DNA from: an uncultured Solirubrobacterales bacterium
Lineage (GTDB): Bacteria > Actinomycetota > Thermoleophilia > Solirubrobacterales > 70-9
DNA: 64,000 nucleotides
Direction of reading: 5' to 3'
Assembly (NCBI GenBank): GCA_963789505.1
Contig: CAWBLE010000013.1
Span: 13,159 to 77,158 of the forward strand
The first letter of the stretch is position 1. Every line of letters begins with the position of its first letter. Of this stretch, positions 29,781 through 39,487 are shown one piece after another. The notes under the pieces were generated by a model that saw nothing but the letters and a program-made list of their open reading frames with translations, was not told where the DNA came from and did no database searches. Position numbers and translations under genes: made by a program.

Positions 29781-30428
29781 GTGGCGAGCAGGGCGAGAGA
29801 CCGGGTGACGAGGATGCCGAGCCGCGCCGATTACGAGCGCGAGACGATCGCGGCGATCCTCGATGCGGCGCTCGTCTCCCACGTCGGCACCGTCGCCCCG
29901 GCCGGCCATCCCGTCGTCATCCCCACCCTGCATGCCCGGGCGGGCAAGTGGCTCTACATCCACGGTTCGTCCGCGAGCCCGACCCTGCGCCGCGCCGGGC
30001 AGGCCGAGATCTGCTTGACCGCGACCCTGCTCGACGGCCTCGTCCTCGCCCGCTCAGCGGTCCACCACTCGGTCAACTACCGTTCAGTGGTCGTCTTCGG
30101 CCGGCCCGTGCCGGTCGAAGACGATGAAGCCAAGCTGCGGGCGCTCGAGGCCTTCACCGAGAAGCTCGTCCCGGGCCGCTGGGGCGACGCCCGCCTACCG
30201 ACCGGACAGGAGCTGAAGGCGACCGCGGTGCTGCGGATGCCGCTCGACGAGGCCTCGGCAAAGATCCGCGCCGGCGGGCCGCTGGACGACGAGGAGGACT
30301 ACGAGCTGCCGGTCTGGGCGGGAACCGTCGGCCTGCGCCTCGCCGCCGGCCGGCCCGAGCCCGACGAGCGCCTCCTGCCCGGCGTCGAGTGCCCGGCCTA
30401 CGTCAGCGAGCTCGCCCGCCCTCAGTAG
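29781..30428 (+). CDS. Pyridoxamine 5'-phosphate oxidase family (flavin-binding split-barrel) protein.
   Basis: 215 aa: ...YERETIAAILDAALVSHVGTV...PVVIPTLHARAG..LYIHGS... SD gaaggag precedes the GTG at 29781, and an alternative ATG lies at 29814. It is divergent from the MocR-type gene. Confidence 0.7.
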   Translation: MASRARDRVTRMPSRADYERETIAAILDAALVSHVGTVAPAGHPVVIPTLHARAGKWLYIHGSSASPTLRRAGQAEICLTATLLDGLVLARSAVHHSVNYRSVVVFGRPVPVEDDEAKLRALEAFTEKLVPGRWGDARLPTGQELKATAVLRMPLDEASAKIRAGGPLDDEEDYELPVWAGTVGLRLAAGRPEPDERLLPGVECPAYVSELARPQ

Positions 30429-31633
30429 CCGCTCGGGTGCCGCGCGATGAAGCCTTCGGTGCTGCTGACCGGAGCGGAGTGCCAGCGTGGGCCGGGGCCG
30501 CCGACGGTGTCGAAGGCGAGGCCGGCGATGATCACCCAGGCGTGGCCCGAGTTGGCGTAGACGGTGATCCACTGGCCGGGCCCAGGGTCGCCCCAGGTCT
30601 CGAGGCCGGTCGAGTCGAGCGGGCTCGAGAGGAAGCCACCGCCGTTGAGGGCAAAGCTGACCGCGCCCGAGCAGTCGTAGCCCGAAGAGCTGAAGGAGCC
30701 GTGACCGCCGCCCCAGACATAGGGCGTGGTGGCGATCGAGTTGGCGGCTTCGATCGCGGCCTGCACGGCGGGCGGGGCGCCGCTGGGCACGCTCGCCTGG
30801 CTTTCGGATATGTAGCCGGCGCTCTGCCCCGGGGTCAGCGGGGCCGGCGTGCCGGCCGGCGCCGGGGCGCCGGAGGCGGCGAGCTGTTCGGTGATCGAGG
30901 CGAGGTTGTCGCTGAGCGCCGATTCGCGCGACTGCAGTTCGTCGAGCTGCGCCTGGCGCTGCGCCTGCGCCTGCTTGAGCTCGGCGAAGCGCGCCGCGGC
31001 CGCGGCGCTGGCGTCGGCGGCTTCGCGCTCCTTGGCGGCGATTTCGTCCCGCGCGCCCTTCAGTTGTAGGCGGATCTCGGCCATCCGCTTGACCGCCGCC
31101 TTGGCCTCGTCGCGCAGCCCCTTGACCCGGTCGGCGACCGAGTCGTCGTAGTCCTGGACGCGGCTGAGGTATTCGGCGCGGACGCTGGCCTGCGACCACG
31201 TCTCCGACTCGAGCACGACGCTGACCACGTCCGGGCTGCCGACCTCGTAGATCGCGACCAGCCGCTCGCGCAGCACGGCGAGCGCCCGTTGCAGGCGCTC
31301 GCGGATCCGCTCGAGGCGGCGCTGCTCGGCTTCGAGCTCGGCCGTGGCGCCGTCGAGCTCATTCTGCTTGCTCGTCAGTTCGGCTTCCAGCGCTTCTTGT
31401 TCCTGGCGCAGCTTCGAGACTTCGCCGAGCATCGTGTCGATCGCCTTGTTCTGGGCGGCGATCGTGTCGGCGAGGGCGCTCTGGTTTTCGCGCACTTCGC
31501 TGAGCTTGCCCTGCGTCGCGTCGAGCTTTTCGCGCAGGGTCTTCGCCGGCGCGCTCGCCGCGAGGCAGAGCACGAGCAAAAGCAGGGCGGCTGGAAGCAG
31601 CAGCCGACGGGGGGAGCCAGCACGGGCGCGCAT
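30422..31633 (-). CDS. Secreted coiled-coil protein with a C-terminal NlpC/P60 peptidoglycan endopeptidase domain.
   Basis: Signal peptide LLLPAALLLLVLCLAASAPA, a roughly 230-aa coiled coil, then ...TPYVWGGGHGSFSSSGYDCSGAVSFAL...GHAWVIIAG... Confidence 0.8.
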   Translation of the reverse strand: MRARAGSPRRLLLPAALLLLVLCLAASAPAKTLREKLDATQGKLSEVRENQSALADTIAAQNKAIDTMLGEVSKLRQEQEALEAELTSKQNELDGATAELEAEQRRLERIRERLQRALAVLRERLVAIYEVGSPDVVSVVLESETWSQASVRAEYLSRVQDYDDSVADRVKGLRDEAKAAVKRMAEIRLQLKGARDEIAAKEREAADASAAAAARFAELKQAQAQRQAQLDELQSRESALSDNLASITEQLAASGAPAPAGTPAPLTPGQSAGYISESQASVPSGAPPAVQAAIEAANSIATTPYVWGGGHGSFSSSGYDCSGAVSFALNGGGFLSSPLDSTGLETWGDPGPGQWITVYANSGHAWVIIAGLAFDTVGGPGPRWHSAPVSSTEGFIARHPSGY

Positions 31634-31701
31634 TCGCGCCCACGCTAGCGAGTCCTCCGCCGATTGTTAGGAGTTGCTAATAACCTGCAACTCCGGTTGC
31701 A

Positions 31702-32103
31702 TCAGGCGAGCAGCTTGGCCTTCGCCTTGTCGAACTCCTCGCCCGAGAGCGCGCCCTTTTCCTTCAGCTCGTTGAGCTTGTGCAGTTCGTCCGCCGCCGA
31801 GCCACCGCCGCCCGTGTGCGCCTGTTCGCGCACGTAGGCGTCGAAATGCTGTTTGGCGTCGGTCTGCGCCTTGATCGCCCTGTCGCGCATGCCGTTGCCA
31901 CGGGCGATCAGGTAGATCAGCGCCGTCACGAAGGGGATGACGACGAGAAAGAGGACCCATGCCGCCTTGGACCAGCCGGAGATCTCGTGATCGCGGAAGA
32001 GGTCGGTGAGGATCGTGATCAGGATCCAGATCCAGACGACGAAGAAGAAGACCTCGAAGGCGACGAGGAGTGCTTCGCCCAGGTTGATGTCTGCGAACGG
32101 CAC
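31702..32103 (-). CDS. Membrane protein with a PLD-nuclease N-terminal (PLDc_N) domain and a C-terminal SHOCT domain.
   Basis: 133 aa: ...VWIWILITILTDLFRDHEISGWSKAAWVLFLVVIPFVTALIYLIARG...LHKLNELKEKGALSGEEFDKAKAKLL. Confidence 0.7.
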   Translation of the reverse strand: MPFADINLGEALLVAFEVFFFVVWIWILITILTDLFRDHEISGWSKAAWVLFLVVIPFVTALIYLIARGNGMRDRAIKAQTDAKQHFDAYVREQAHTGGGGSAADELHKLNELKEKGALSGEEFDKAKAKLLA

Positions 32104-32141
32104 GGGGGTTCCTTTCGATGGGTGGAGAGAGTGACGCGATC

Positions 32142-32888
32142 TTAGAGGCGCTGAGCAAAAAGGACAGCGGAAACCGCGGTGGCGAGGTTGAGGCTGGAGA
32201 CGCCGGGGCGCATCGGGATGCCGAGGCGGGCGTCGGCGCGCCTGAGCAGCGCCTCGCTGAGGCCGTCGCGCTCGGTGCCGAAAGCGAGGATCGCCCGTGC
32301 CGGAAGCTCCGCCGCGCGCAGCTCCTCCCCCTCCGGGTCGATCGCGACCAACGGCCGGTCGCAGGGCGGCAAATCCTCGACCGCGGCCACCGGCAGCGCG
32401 AAGTGGAGGCCGGCGGCGCCGCGCACCGCGTCGGGGTGCCAGGGGTCGTTGCCGCCGGTGGTCAGCACGCCGGCCGCCCCGGCGGCGGCGGCCACCCGCA
32501 CGCAGGCGCCCATGTTGCCCATCGTGCGCGGATCCTCGAGCAGGACCAGGGGCTCGGGTCGCGATTCGGCGAGCAGGGCGGGGACGTCGGCCTCCGGCCG
32601 GCGGGCGATCGAGACGACGCCGGTGCGCGGAGCCCGCGGAACCAGCTCAGCGACGACGGCGGCGGGCACCGGCGTCGTGCGCGCGGAGAGCGCGTCCGCT
32701 AGGTCCGGCGCCAGCCGTCCCGCCAGCTCGTCCAGCTGGCCGGGGTCCGAAGCGACCGCCTCGCGCACCTCGGCGCCGAAGCGCAGGGCGTGCTTGAGGG
32801 CGTGAAAGCCCTCGAGCACGGCGAGTGCCCGGTCGCGCCGGGCCTCGCGGTAGCGGCGAATCAGCGCCTCTGCCTCGGCATCGTTCAC
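32142..32888 (-). CDS. TrmH/SpoU family RNA 2'-O-methyltransferase.
   Basis: GTG at 32888. ...DPRTMGNMGACVRVAAAAG...LAFGTERDGLSEALL...IPMRPGVSSLNLATAVSAVLF. Confidence 0.75.
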   Translation of the reverse strand: MNDAEAEALIRRYREARRDRALAVLEGFHALKHALRFGAEVREAVASDPGQLDELAGRLAPDLADALSARTTPVPAAVVAELVPRAPRTGVVSIARRPEADVPALLAESRPEPLVLLEDPRTMGNMGACVRVAAAAGAAGVLTTGGNDPWHPDAVRGAAGLHFALPVAAVEDLPPCDRPLVAIDPEGEELRAAELPARAILAFGTERDGLSEALLRRADARLGIPMRPGVSSLNLATAVSAVLFAQRL

Positions 32889-32910
32889 CGCCGCATCATG
32901 ACCCGATCTC

Positions 32911-33981
32911 TCAGCCGGCGGCGAGAACGCGGTACTCGGCCACGGGCGTCGCGACAAGGAATGGGCCCAGGTGGAGGCCGGCGACACCGTCCACGGGCTC
33001 AGGCCAGCGCAGGGCCGGCTCGAAGGGACTGGGCTCGAGCGCACAACCGGTCGCTGCCGCGATCGCCGCGGCGGCGACGTCCGCCTGTCGAGCCGCGACG
33101 CCGGCGTGCTTGATGGCGAAATCGGTCACGTCGCCGGCGGCGAAGACGCGCTCGGTGCCGATCGCCCGGCAGTGCGCATCGACCGCGATGAAGCCGGCCC
33201 CGTCGGCCTCGAGGCCGTCGATCGCACGGCCTTCGAGGCGCGGCAGGCTGACCACGGCTTCGGTCTCGATCGCGTCGCCGGGCGCGACCTGGAGCCGGCC
33301 GTCACGGAACTCGATCGGGCGCGTGGCGGTGACCAGGCCGATGCGGCGCTCGCCGAGCGCCTCCTGGGCCCGCTCCACCACGGCGGGGCCGAAGAGCGCC
33401 AGCGGCGCCGCTTCGGGCGTGACGACGGTCAGCCGCGCGTCCTCGATCCCCGACCTGGCCAGAACCGACGACGCGAGCAGGGCAAGTTCGTAGAGAGGCG
33501 TCGCCCAGCCCTTCCCGGCCGGCGCGGTGAAGACGACGTCGCGCAACACCCCCGCCCGCAGGCCGCGCAGCACCGAGCTGAATCCGCCTTCATCGACTAC
33601 GCCCCAGAAGGTGCTGGCGCCCGGAACCGCCCATAGCGCCCGTGCCCCCGGTGCGACCAGGAGATAGTCATACGAGGCCCGTCCGCCGCCGCGAACGGCG
33701 GCGAGGCGATCGGCGACGTCGACCGAGGCGACGCCGCCGGGCCTAAACGACACTCCGATCCTCGCCGCGAGTTCACCGAGGTCGCCACGAACGGCGGCGG
33801 GAAGGCGCAGCTCGCCGAGCGCGAAAGGCCGGTAGGTGAAGTCCCCGCGCGGGGCGCAGATCTCGATCTCGAGCCGCTCGCCGGCGAGCGCGCGCAGGGC
33901 CAGGGCCGCCTCGAGCGCCGCGATCCCGCCGCCCGCGATCAGCACTCGCGGACGGTCCGATCGAGATCGCACTGCACTCAT
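32911..33981 (-). CDS. FAD-dependent pyridine nucleotide-disulfide oxidoreductase (NDH-2/SQR-like).
   Basis: RVLIAGGGIAALEAALAL (dinucleotide fold)...VFAAGDVTDF... Confidence 0.65.
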   Translation of the reverse strand: MSAVRSRSDRPRVLIAGGGIAALEAALALRALAGERLEIEICAPRGDFTYRPFALGELRLPAAVRGDLGELAARIGVSFRPGGVASVDVADRLAAVRGGGRASYDYLLVAPGARALWAVPGASTFWGVVDEGGFSSVLRGLRAGVLRDVVFTAPAGKGWATPLYELALLASSVLARSGIEDARLTVVTPEAAPLALFGPAVVERAQEALGERRIGLVTATRPIEFRDGRLQVAPGDAIETEAVVSLPRLEGRAIDGLEADGAGFIAVDAHCRAIGTERVFAAGDVTDFAIKHAGVAARQADVAAAAIAAATGCALEPSPFEPALRWPEPVDGVAGLHLGPFLVATPVAEYRVLAAG

Positions 33982-34077
33982 TCCTTGAGCCTACGACCGC
34001 CCGCCCCGATCTCCATCGGCAGAGGCCCGCATCTGTCCTGCGGCTTTCCCCGGACGGCCGCTGCTGTCCGCCAATGC

Positions 34078-36231
34078 TCAGCGGCGCGGGGCGATCCCGC
34101 CGGCGGCGACTCCGCCACCCGAGGAGGGCGCCGGGGCCTGGACGGGGGCCGGCGGGGGCGTCGGGGTGGGCGTCGGGTCGGCGGCTTCGGCCTTGCCGCC
34201 GCCGCCCTTTTCCGCTTCTCCTTCTTCTTCGTCTTCTTCTTCTTCTCCTTCTTCTTCGCCTTCGAGTTCTTCGTAGTCGTTCGAGGAGCTCGATGAGCCG
34301 CTGGTGTGGCCGCCGTGGAGACTGGAGAGCTCCGGCAGGCTCGCGGGTTCGGCGAATTCCCCGCAGTCGCCGGCATTCGCCGATTCCATGAAGGAACGCC
34401 AGATCGGGCCGGCGGTCGGGCCGCCGTATCCGGTCGCTTCGCGCGACTGCGGGTGGCCGACCCAGACGGCGGTCGAGTAGCGCGGCGTGTAGCCGACGAA
34501 CCAGGCGTCGGAGAGTTCCTCCGAGGTGCCGGTCTTGCCGGCCTCGGCTGAACAACCGATCGACGTGTAGCCGGCGCCGGTTCCCTGCGTGATCACGCCC
34601 TCGAGCAGCTTGGTCACTTCGTAGGCCTCGCCCTCGGTCAGCACCCGGTCGCCGGAGTCGGGATCGGGCTCGTCGACCTTGTCGGTCGGGAACTCGACCC
34701 GGGCGATCGCGGTCGGGTCGTGATGAATGCCGCCGCTCGCCAGGGTCGCGTAGGCATCGGCCATTTCGAGCGGCGTGACGCCGATGCTGAGCCCGCCGAT
34801 CGCCTCCGCCGGCACCGATTCGAGCGGCGCTTCGATCCCCATCTGATGGGCCGTGTGGGTGACGTTTTCGGGGCCGACGTCGAGGTCGAGCTGGGCGAAG
34901 ACGACGTTGACCGAGCCCCAGGTCGCCGAGGCGAGCGACTCCGTCCCACCGCCGGGCTCGGCGTTGTTGACCGTCCAGTCGCCTCCGCCCGGCACCTGCA
35001 GCGTCTTCGGCGAGGTGCCGTCGTAGTAGGTGCTGTCCGGGTCGACCCCCTGTTTGATCGCGGTCGTCAACACGAAGGTCTTGAACGACGAGCCGGGCTG
35101 GCGGTGTGCCTGCCAGGCATAGTTGAATTCGCTTTCGCCTTCGCCGCCCTCGGTCGAGGCGAGGGCGACGATCTCACCGGTGTCGGGGTCGATCGAGGCG
35201 AGCGCCGCCGCCGGGCCGCCGCCGGCGTAACAGACCCCGCAGGAGTCGACCGCTTCCTGCGCCCGTTCCTGCAGCGCGGGGTCGATCGTCGTGTAGGCCT
35301 TGAGGCCGCCGTAACGCACGGTGTTGAGCCCGTACTGGTCGATCAGCTCCTGCTGGACGAGGTCGAAGAGGAAGGGGTCGCGGATCACCCGGTACTTGTG
35401 GCCCGGGTTCAGCTTCAGCCCTTCGCCGATCGCCTCGTGGTATTCGTCGGCGCTGATGTAGCCCTGGTCCTCCATCGCCGTGAGCACCTGGTTGCGGCGC
35501 TCGAGCGCGGCGCGCGGGTCGAGGAAGGGGTTGTATTCGGACGGCGCCTGCGGCAGGCCGGCGATCATCGCCGCTTCGGTCAGGCCGAGCTCGCGGGCGG
35601 GCTTGCCGTAATAGGTCTGCGCCGCCGCCTCGGCGCCGACCGCGGTCTCGCCTTCGACCGTGCCGTACGGCGCCGTGTTGAGGTAGGCGGTGAGGATCCA
35701 CTCCTTGGAGTGCGCTTCCTCCTCCTCGAAGGCGAGGTGGGCTTCGACCAGCTTGCGCTCGATCGTCTCTTCGGGGTCGCGGATGTAGAGGTTGCGAACC
35801 AGCTGCTGGGTGATCGTCGAGGCGCCCTGGACCGGCTTGCCGCCGGCCAGCAGGTCCTTCCAGGCGGCGCGGGCGATCCCGGCCGGGTCGATCGCGCCGT
35901 GGTTGAAGTAGTTGCGGTCCTCGATCGCGACCGTCGCGTATTTGAGGCTCTGCGGCAGCGCCTGCGAGGACACCGGCTGGCGGATACTGCTGGCACGGAT
36001 GAAACCGATCAGGCTGCCGTCGGCGGCGTAGATCGCCGAGGAGCGGCCCTTCTGCACGGGTTGCAGGCTGGACAGCGGCGGCGCCGAGTTGTAGACGTCG
36101 ACCGCCCAGCTCGCCCCCACACCGACCGCGACCGCGCCGGCGACGAAGAGCCCGCCGACCAGGACCAGGAGCTTGCTCTTCCAGCCCGCATGGCGCAGGC
36201 GGCGCCGGCGGCGTCGTTCACGATTCGACAT
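34078..36231 (-). CDS. Class A penicillin-binding protein (transglycosylase/transpeptidase, PBP1A family) with an acidic low-complexity tail.
   Basis: GT51 motifs EDRNYFNHGAIDP and ASTITQQLVRN. Transpeptidase motifs GSSFKTF (SxxK) and GKTGTS. The tail reads ...YEELEGEEEGEEEEDEEEGEAEKGGGG... Confidence 0.9.
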   Translation of the reverse strand: MSNRERRRRRRLRHAGWKSKLLVLVGGLFVAGAVAVGVGASWAVDVYNSAPPLSSLQPVQKGRSSAIYAADGSLIGFIRASSIRQPVSSQALPQSLKYATVAIEDRNYFNHGAIDPAGIARAAWKDLLAGGKPVQGASTITQQLVRNLYIRDPEETIERKLVEAHLAFEEEEAHSKEWILTAYLNTAPYGTVEGETAVGAEAAAQTYYGKPARELGLTEAAMIAGLPQAPSEYNPFLDPRAALERRNQVLTAMEDQGYISADEYHEAIGEGLKLNPGHKYRVIRDPFLFDLVQQELIDQYGLNTVRYGGLKAYTTIDPALQERAQEAVDSCGVCYAGGGPAAALASIDPDTGEIVALASTEGGEGESEFNYAWQAHRQPGSSFKTFVLTTAIKQGVDPDSTYYDGTSPKTLQVPGGGDWTVNNAEPGGGTESLASATWGSVNVVFAQLDLDVGPENVTHTAHQMGIEAPLESVPAEAIGGLSIGVTPLEMADAYATLASGGIHHDPTAIARVEFPTDKVDEPDPDSGDRVLTEGEAYEVTKLLEGVITQGTGAGYTSIGCSAEAGKTGTSEELSDAWFVGYTPRYSTAVWVGHPQSREATGYGGPTAGPIWRSFMESANAGDCGEFAEPASLPELSSLHGGHTSGSSSSSNDYEELEGEEEGEEEEDEEEGEAEKGGGGKAEAADPTPTPTPPPAPVQAPAPSSGGGVAAGGIAPRR

Positions 36232-36315
36232 CGGGAAAATTCTATTGAGGCGACGACGCCGGCCCTTTTCGCTCTGGCAAGCGCAATATCGCGTGCGTAG
36301 CCGGTCCGGCCGCGC

Positions 36316-37212
36316 TCAGGCGGCGGCCCGGATCCGCGCCCGCCACTGCTCGGCGTCGAACTGAGCCGGCTCGGTCTCGCGCAGAAAGCGTTCGAGCCCG
36401 GCGATGAAGCGGCCCGGCGCCTCGAGCTGGGGCATATGCCCGACGCCCTCGAAGACCTCCAGGCGACTGCCGGGGATCGCCCGCACGGCGTCTTCGCCGT
36501 GGCGCACGGGGATGATCGAGTCGCGGGCGCCCCAGACGATCAGCACCGGCACGGCCTCGGCCAGGTAGAGGCGGTCGCCCGCGGCGACCCGCTGGCCGCC
36601 GGTGCCGACGACCGAGCGCAGGGTGGCGAGGAAGGCCGCCCGACGAGCGGGGTCCTCGAGCGACGCGTAGCCGCGCGCGACCTCGGCGACGTCGGCGTTG
36701 GGACGCAGGCCGACCGAGGCGAGGCCGCGGCCGAGCAGCGAACCGACCTTCTGGCCGGCTCCGGCGGTGACCGAGATGAAGATCTCCGCGCCGGGCAGCG
36801 CGGCGGCGCGCAGAACCGGGCTCACCTCGGGCCCGAGCCCGCCGCTGGAAACCAGCACCAGTCGCTCGATCATCTCCGGATGCTGGTAGGCGAACTGCAT
36901 CGCGACGCCGCCGCCGAGCGAGTGCCCGACCAGCGTCGCCCGCTCGTGGCCGAGCGCCAGCAGCAGGTCGCGCAGGCCACCGGCGAGCGCGCCCAGCGAG
37001 TAGTCGCCGCCGCCCGCCTCCGAGGAGCCGTGACCGGGGAAGTCAGGGGCGATCACGGTGTGGTGGCGGGCCAGCGGCTCGATCACCTCGCGCCAGTTCT
37101 CGCACTGGCCGGCGATGCCGTGGATCAGCAGCAGCACCGGGCCCTTGCCGGCCTCCACATAGGAGACCGAGCGGCCATGCACGTTCGCGGTCTTGATCCG
37201 CTGCTCGGCCAT
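36316..37212 (-). CDS. Alpha/beta hydrolase.
   Basis: ATG at 37212 gives MAEQRIKTANVHGRSVSYVEAGKGPVLLLIHGIAG... Nucleophile elbow GHSLGG, and ...GHMPQLE. Confidence 0.75.
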   Translation of the reverse strand: MAEQRIKTANVHGRSVSYVEAGKGPVLLLIHGIAGQCENWREVIEPLARHHTVIAPDFPGHGSSEAGGGDYSLGALAGGLRDLLLALGHERATLVGHSLGGGVAMQFAYQHPEMIERLVLVSSGGLGPEVSPVLRAAALPGAEIFISVTAGAGQKVGSLLGRGLASVGLRPNADVAEVARGYASLEDPARRAAFLATLRSVVGTGGQRVAAGDRLYLAEAVPVLIVWGARDSIIPVRHGEDAVRAIPGSRLEVFEGVGHMPQLEAPGRFIAGLERFLRETEPAQFDAEQWRARIRAAA

Positions 37213-37244
37213 CGGGGTAAACAGTAGCCTTCCGTGGAGACCGG

Positions 37245-37622
37245 ATGCCCAGCTTCCTCCACACCTGCTACCGGATCGGCGAGATCGAGCGCTCGGTCGA
37301 CTTCTACGAGAAGCTCGGCTTCGAGGAGGTCGCACGGATGCCGATCGGCGACGAGGCGATCAACGTCTTCATGGGCATGCCGGGCGAAGACCCCCGCCTC
37401 GAGCTGACCTACAACCACGGCGTCGAGTCCTACGAGCACGGCAGCGGCTACAACCACATCGCCCTCGCCGTCGACGACCTCGACGGTGTCCTCAAGGAAC
37501 TGGCCGGACACGGCATCGAGCCCGAAAAGCCCCCCTACCGCCCCGGCAACCGCACCGCCGGCCACCGCATCTGCTTCGTCCGCGACCCGGACGGGTACCG
37601 CATCGAGCTGATCGGCGAGTAG
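37245..37622 (+). CDS. VOC family / lactoylglutathione lyase (glyoxalase I).
   Basis: 125 aa: FLHTCYRIGEIERSVDFYEKLGFEE...ELTYNHG...YNHIALAVDD...FVRDPDGYRIELI. Confidence 0.75.
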   Translation: MPSFLHTCYRIGEIERSVDFYEKLGFEEVARMPIGDEAINVFMGMPGEDPRLELTYNHGVESYEHGSGYNHIALAVDDLDGVLKELAGHGIEPEKPPYRPGNRTAGHRICFVRDPDGYRIELIGE

Positions 37623-37825
37623 CGCCTCAGGCCGCGGCGATCACGATTGCGTCGTATTCATGCCCGCTCGAGTTCCTGGCGGCGCGCACTCTCCCCCCTC
37701 ACCACCACCACGCCCCGCGCCGAGCGCGCAAATTGCGACGCCGAACTGTCCGCCGCGGCCGTCGTTAGGGTCGGCCAAACGCCGCCCGGAGGAGAGACCG
37801 GGCGCGATCGAGGAGAGGGAGGATC

Positions 37826-38179
37826 GTGAAGCTCGTGATCGGGATCGTGCGGCCTGAGAAGGCCAACGACGTGCTGGAGGCGCTCTACCGGGCGGAGGTG
37901 CGTGGGGTTTCGATGAGCCACGTGCAGGGCCACGGCGGGGAGCTCGACCGGGTCGAGACCTACCGCGGCACGACCGTCAAGGTCGGCCTCTCGGACAAGA
38001 TGCGCTTCGAGATCGCCGTCTCCGACGACTACGTCGATCCGGCGGTCGAGGCGCTGCGCGAAGGGGCGCGGACCGGCGAAGTCGGCGACGGCAAGATCTT
38101 CGTCGTGCCGCTCGAGCAAGCGGTGCGGATCCGCACCGGCGAGTCCGACAAGGCGGCCGTGACGCCGCTGGGCAAGTGA
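37826..38179 (+). CDS. glnK: P-II family nitrogen regulator.
   Basis: GTG at 37826, preceded by gagggagg. MKLVIGIVRPEKANDVLEAL...T-loop GHGGELDRVETYRGTT...GDGKIFVVPLEQAVRIRTGE. The stop overlaps the amt start (GTGA). Confidence 0.85.
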   Translation: MKLVIGIVRPEKANDVLEALYRAEVRGVSMSHVQGHGGELDRVETYRGTTVKVGLSDKMRFEIAVSDDYVDPAVEALREGARTGEVGDGKIFVVPLEQAVRIRTGESDKAAVTPLGK

Positions 38180-39477
38180 GCTCCGCACTGCCGGCGGCTG
38201 CCGCCGGGATCGACACCGGCGACACCGCCTGGATGCTGGTCGCGACCGCGCTGGTGCTGATGATGACCCCGGCCCTGGGCCTCTTCTACGCCGGCCTGGT
38301 GCGCTCGAAGAACACCCTCAACACCTTCATGATGTGCGTCGGCGCAATCGCCGTCGCCGGCGTCGTCTGGGCGCTCGTCGGCTACTCGCTCGCCTTCGAC
38401 GGCGACGGCTCGCTGATTGGCGGGCTCGGCTACGTCGGCCTCAACGACGTCACCTTCCTGCCGCGCGAAGGGACGACGATCCCGCACCTGCTGTTCATGG
38501 CCTTCCAGGCGACCTTCTGCATCATCACCGCGGCGCTCGTCTCCGGCGCCGTGGTCGAGCGGATGCGCTTCGGCCCGTTCCTGATCTTCGTTGCGCTCTG
38601 GTCGCTGCTGGTCTACTCGGTGCTCGCCCACTGGTCCTTCGGCGGCGGCTGGCTCGCCGCGGGCGGCACGCTCGACTTCGCCGGCGGCATCCCGGTCGAG
38701 ATGGGCTCGGGCTTCTCCGCCCTGGCCGCCGCGGTGGTGGTCGGGCAGCGCAAAGACTACGGCCGCCAGGCGCTGCTGCCGCACAACGCGATGTACGTGC
38801 TGCTCGGCGCCGGCCTGCTCTGGTTCGGCTGGTTCGGCTTCAACGGCGGCAGCGGCTTCTCGACCGGGGACCCGAGCGTGCTCGCCTTCGTCAACACGCT
38901 GTTGACGCCCGCCTGCACGCTGGTCGTCTGGTTCGCCCTCGACCTGATCCGCGGCCGCCGCGTGACCGCGATCGGCGCCGCCACCGCGATCATCGTCGGC
39001 TGCGTGCTGATCACCCCGGCGGGGGCCTTCATCAGCCCCGGCTGGGCGATGGTGCTCGGCGCGGTCGGCGCCCTGCCCTGCTACTTCATGATCCTCTGGC
39101 GCCCCCGCACCCGGGTCGACGAGACGCTCGACGTGCTCGCCGCCCACGGCGTCGCCGGCTTCACCGGGATCCTCTTCATCGGCCTCTTCGCCTCGCTGGC
39201 CTGGAACGGCGTCGCCGACGGGCTCTTCTTCGGCAACGCCGCGCAGCTCGGCGACCAGGCGCTGGCGGCGCTGGTCACCCCCGCCTACGCCTTCGCCATG
39301 ACCTACCTGCTGCTGCGGGCGATGAGCCTGTTCGGCTCGCTGCGCACCAGCGAGCACGAGGAGGCGGTCGGCATGGACATCGTCCAGCACGGCGAGGAGG
39401 CCTACGCCTCAGGCGAGGGCGCGATCCTCGTCCTCCCCGACGGCGACAAGGACCCGCTCGTCGCCGAGGCACGCTGA
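38176..39477 (+). CDS. amt: Ammonium transporter.
   Basis: 433 aa: ...DTGDTAWMLVATALVLMMTPALGLFYAGLVR...FGGGWL...DFAGG.PVE...LLWFGWFGFNGGS...DVLAAHGVAGFTGILF... Confidence 0.9.
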   Translation: MSSALPAAAAGIDTGDTAWMLVATALVLMMTPALGLFYAGLVRSKNTLNTFMMCVGAIAVAGVVWALVGYSLAFDGDGSLIGGLGYVGLNDVTFLPREGTTIPHLLFMAFQATFCIITAALVSGAVVERMRFGPFLIFVALWSLLVYSVLAHWSFGGGWLAAGGTLDFAGGIPVEMGSGFSALAAAVVVGQRKDYGRQALLPHNAMYVLLGAGLLWFGWFGFNGGSGFSTGDPSVLAFVNTLLTPACTLVVWFALDLIRGRRVTAIGAATAIIVGCVLITPAGAFISPGWAMVLGAVGALPCYFMILWRPRTRVDETLDVLAAHGVAGFTGILFIGLFASLAWNGVADGLFFGNAAQLGDQALAALVTPAYAFAMTYLLLRAMSLFGSLRTSEHEEAVGMDIVQHGEEAYASGEGAILVLPDGDKDPLVAEAR

Positions 39478-39487
39478 CCGACGACGA

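Noticed and set aside
31634-31701. Possible ydaO/c-di-AMP-type riboswitch upstream of the NlpC/P60 hydrolase gene, an association known in Actinobacteria.
   Set aside because: Only 68 nt separate it from the upstream gene, too short for that riboswitch, and I could not see its conserved segments. Only an 8-bp hairpin (ggagttgc...gcaactcc) is present, more likely the terminator of the SHOCT gene.
34195-34275. Roughly 80-nt pyrimidine-rich, triplet-periodic low-complexity tract (cttcttcttc...).
   Set aside because: It is the antisense of GAA/GAG codons encoding the acidic E-rich C-terminal tail of PBP1A. This is coding low complexity, not an independent repeat element.
37623-37825. Possible GlnR box or leader RNA in the 200-nt region upstream of glnK.
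   Set aside because: The best candidate, gttag-ggtcggc-caaac, matches the gTnAc-n6-GaAAc pattern only weakly. No convincing palindrome or conserved structure is visible by eye.
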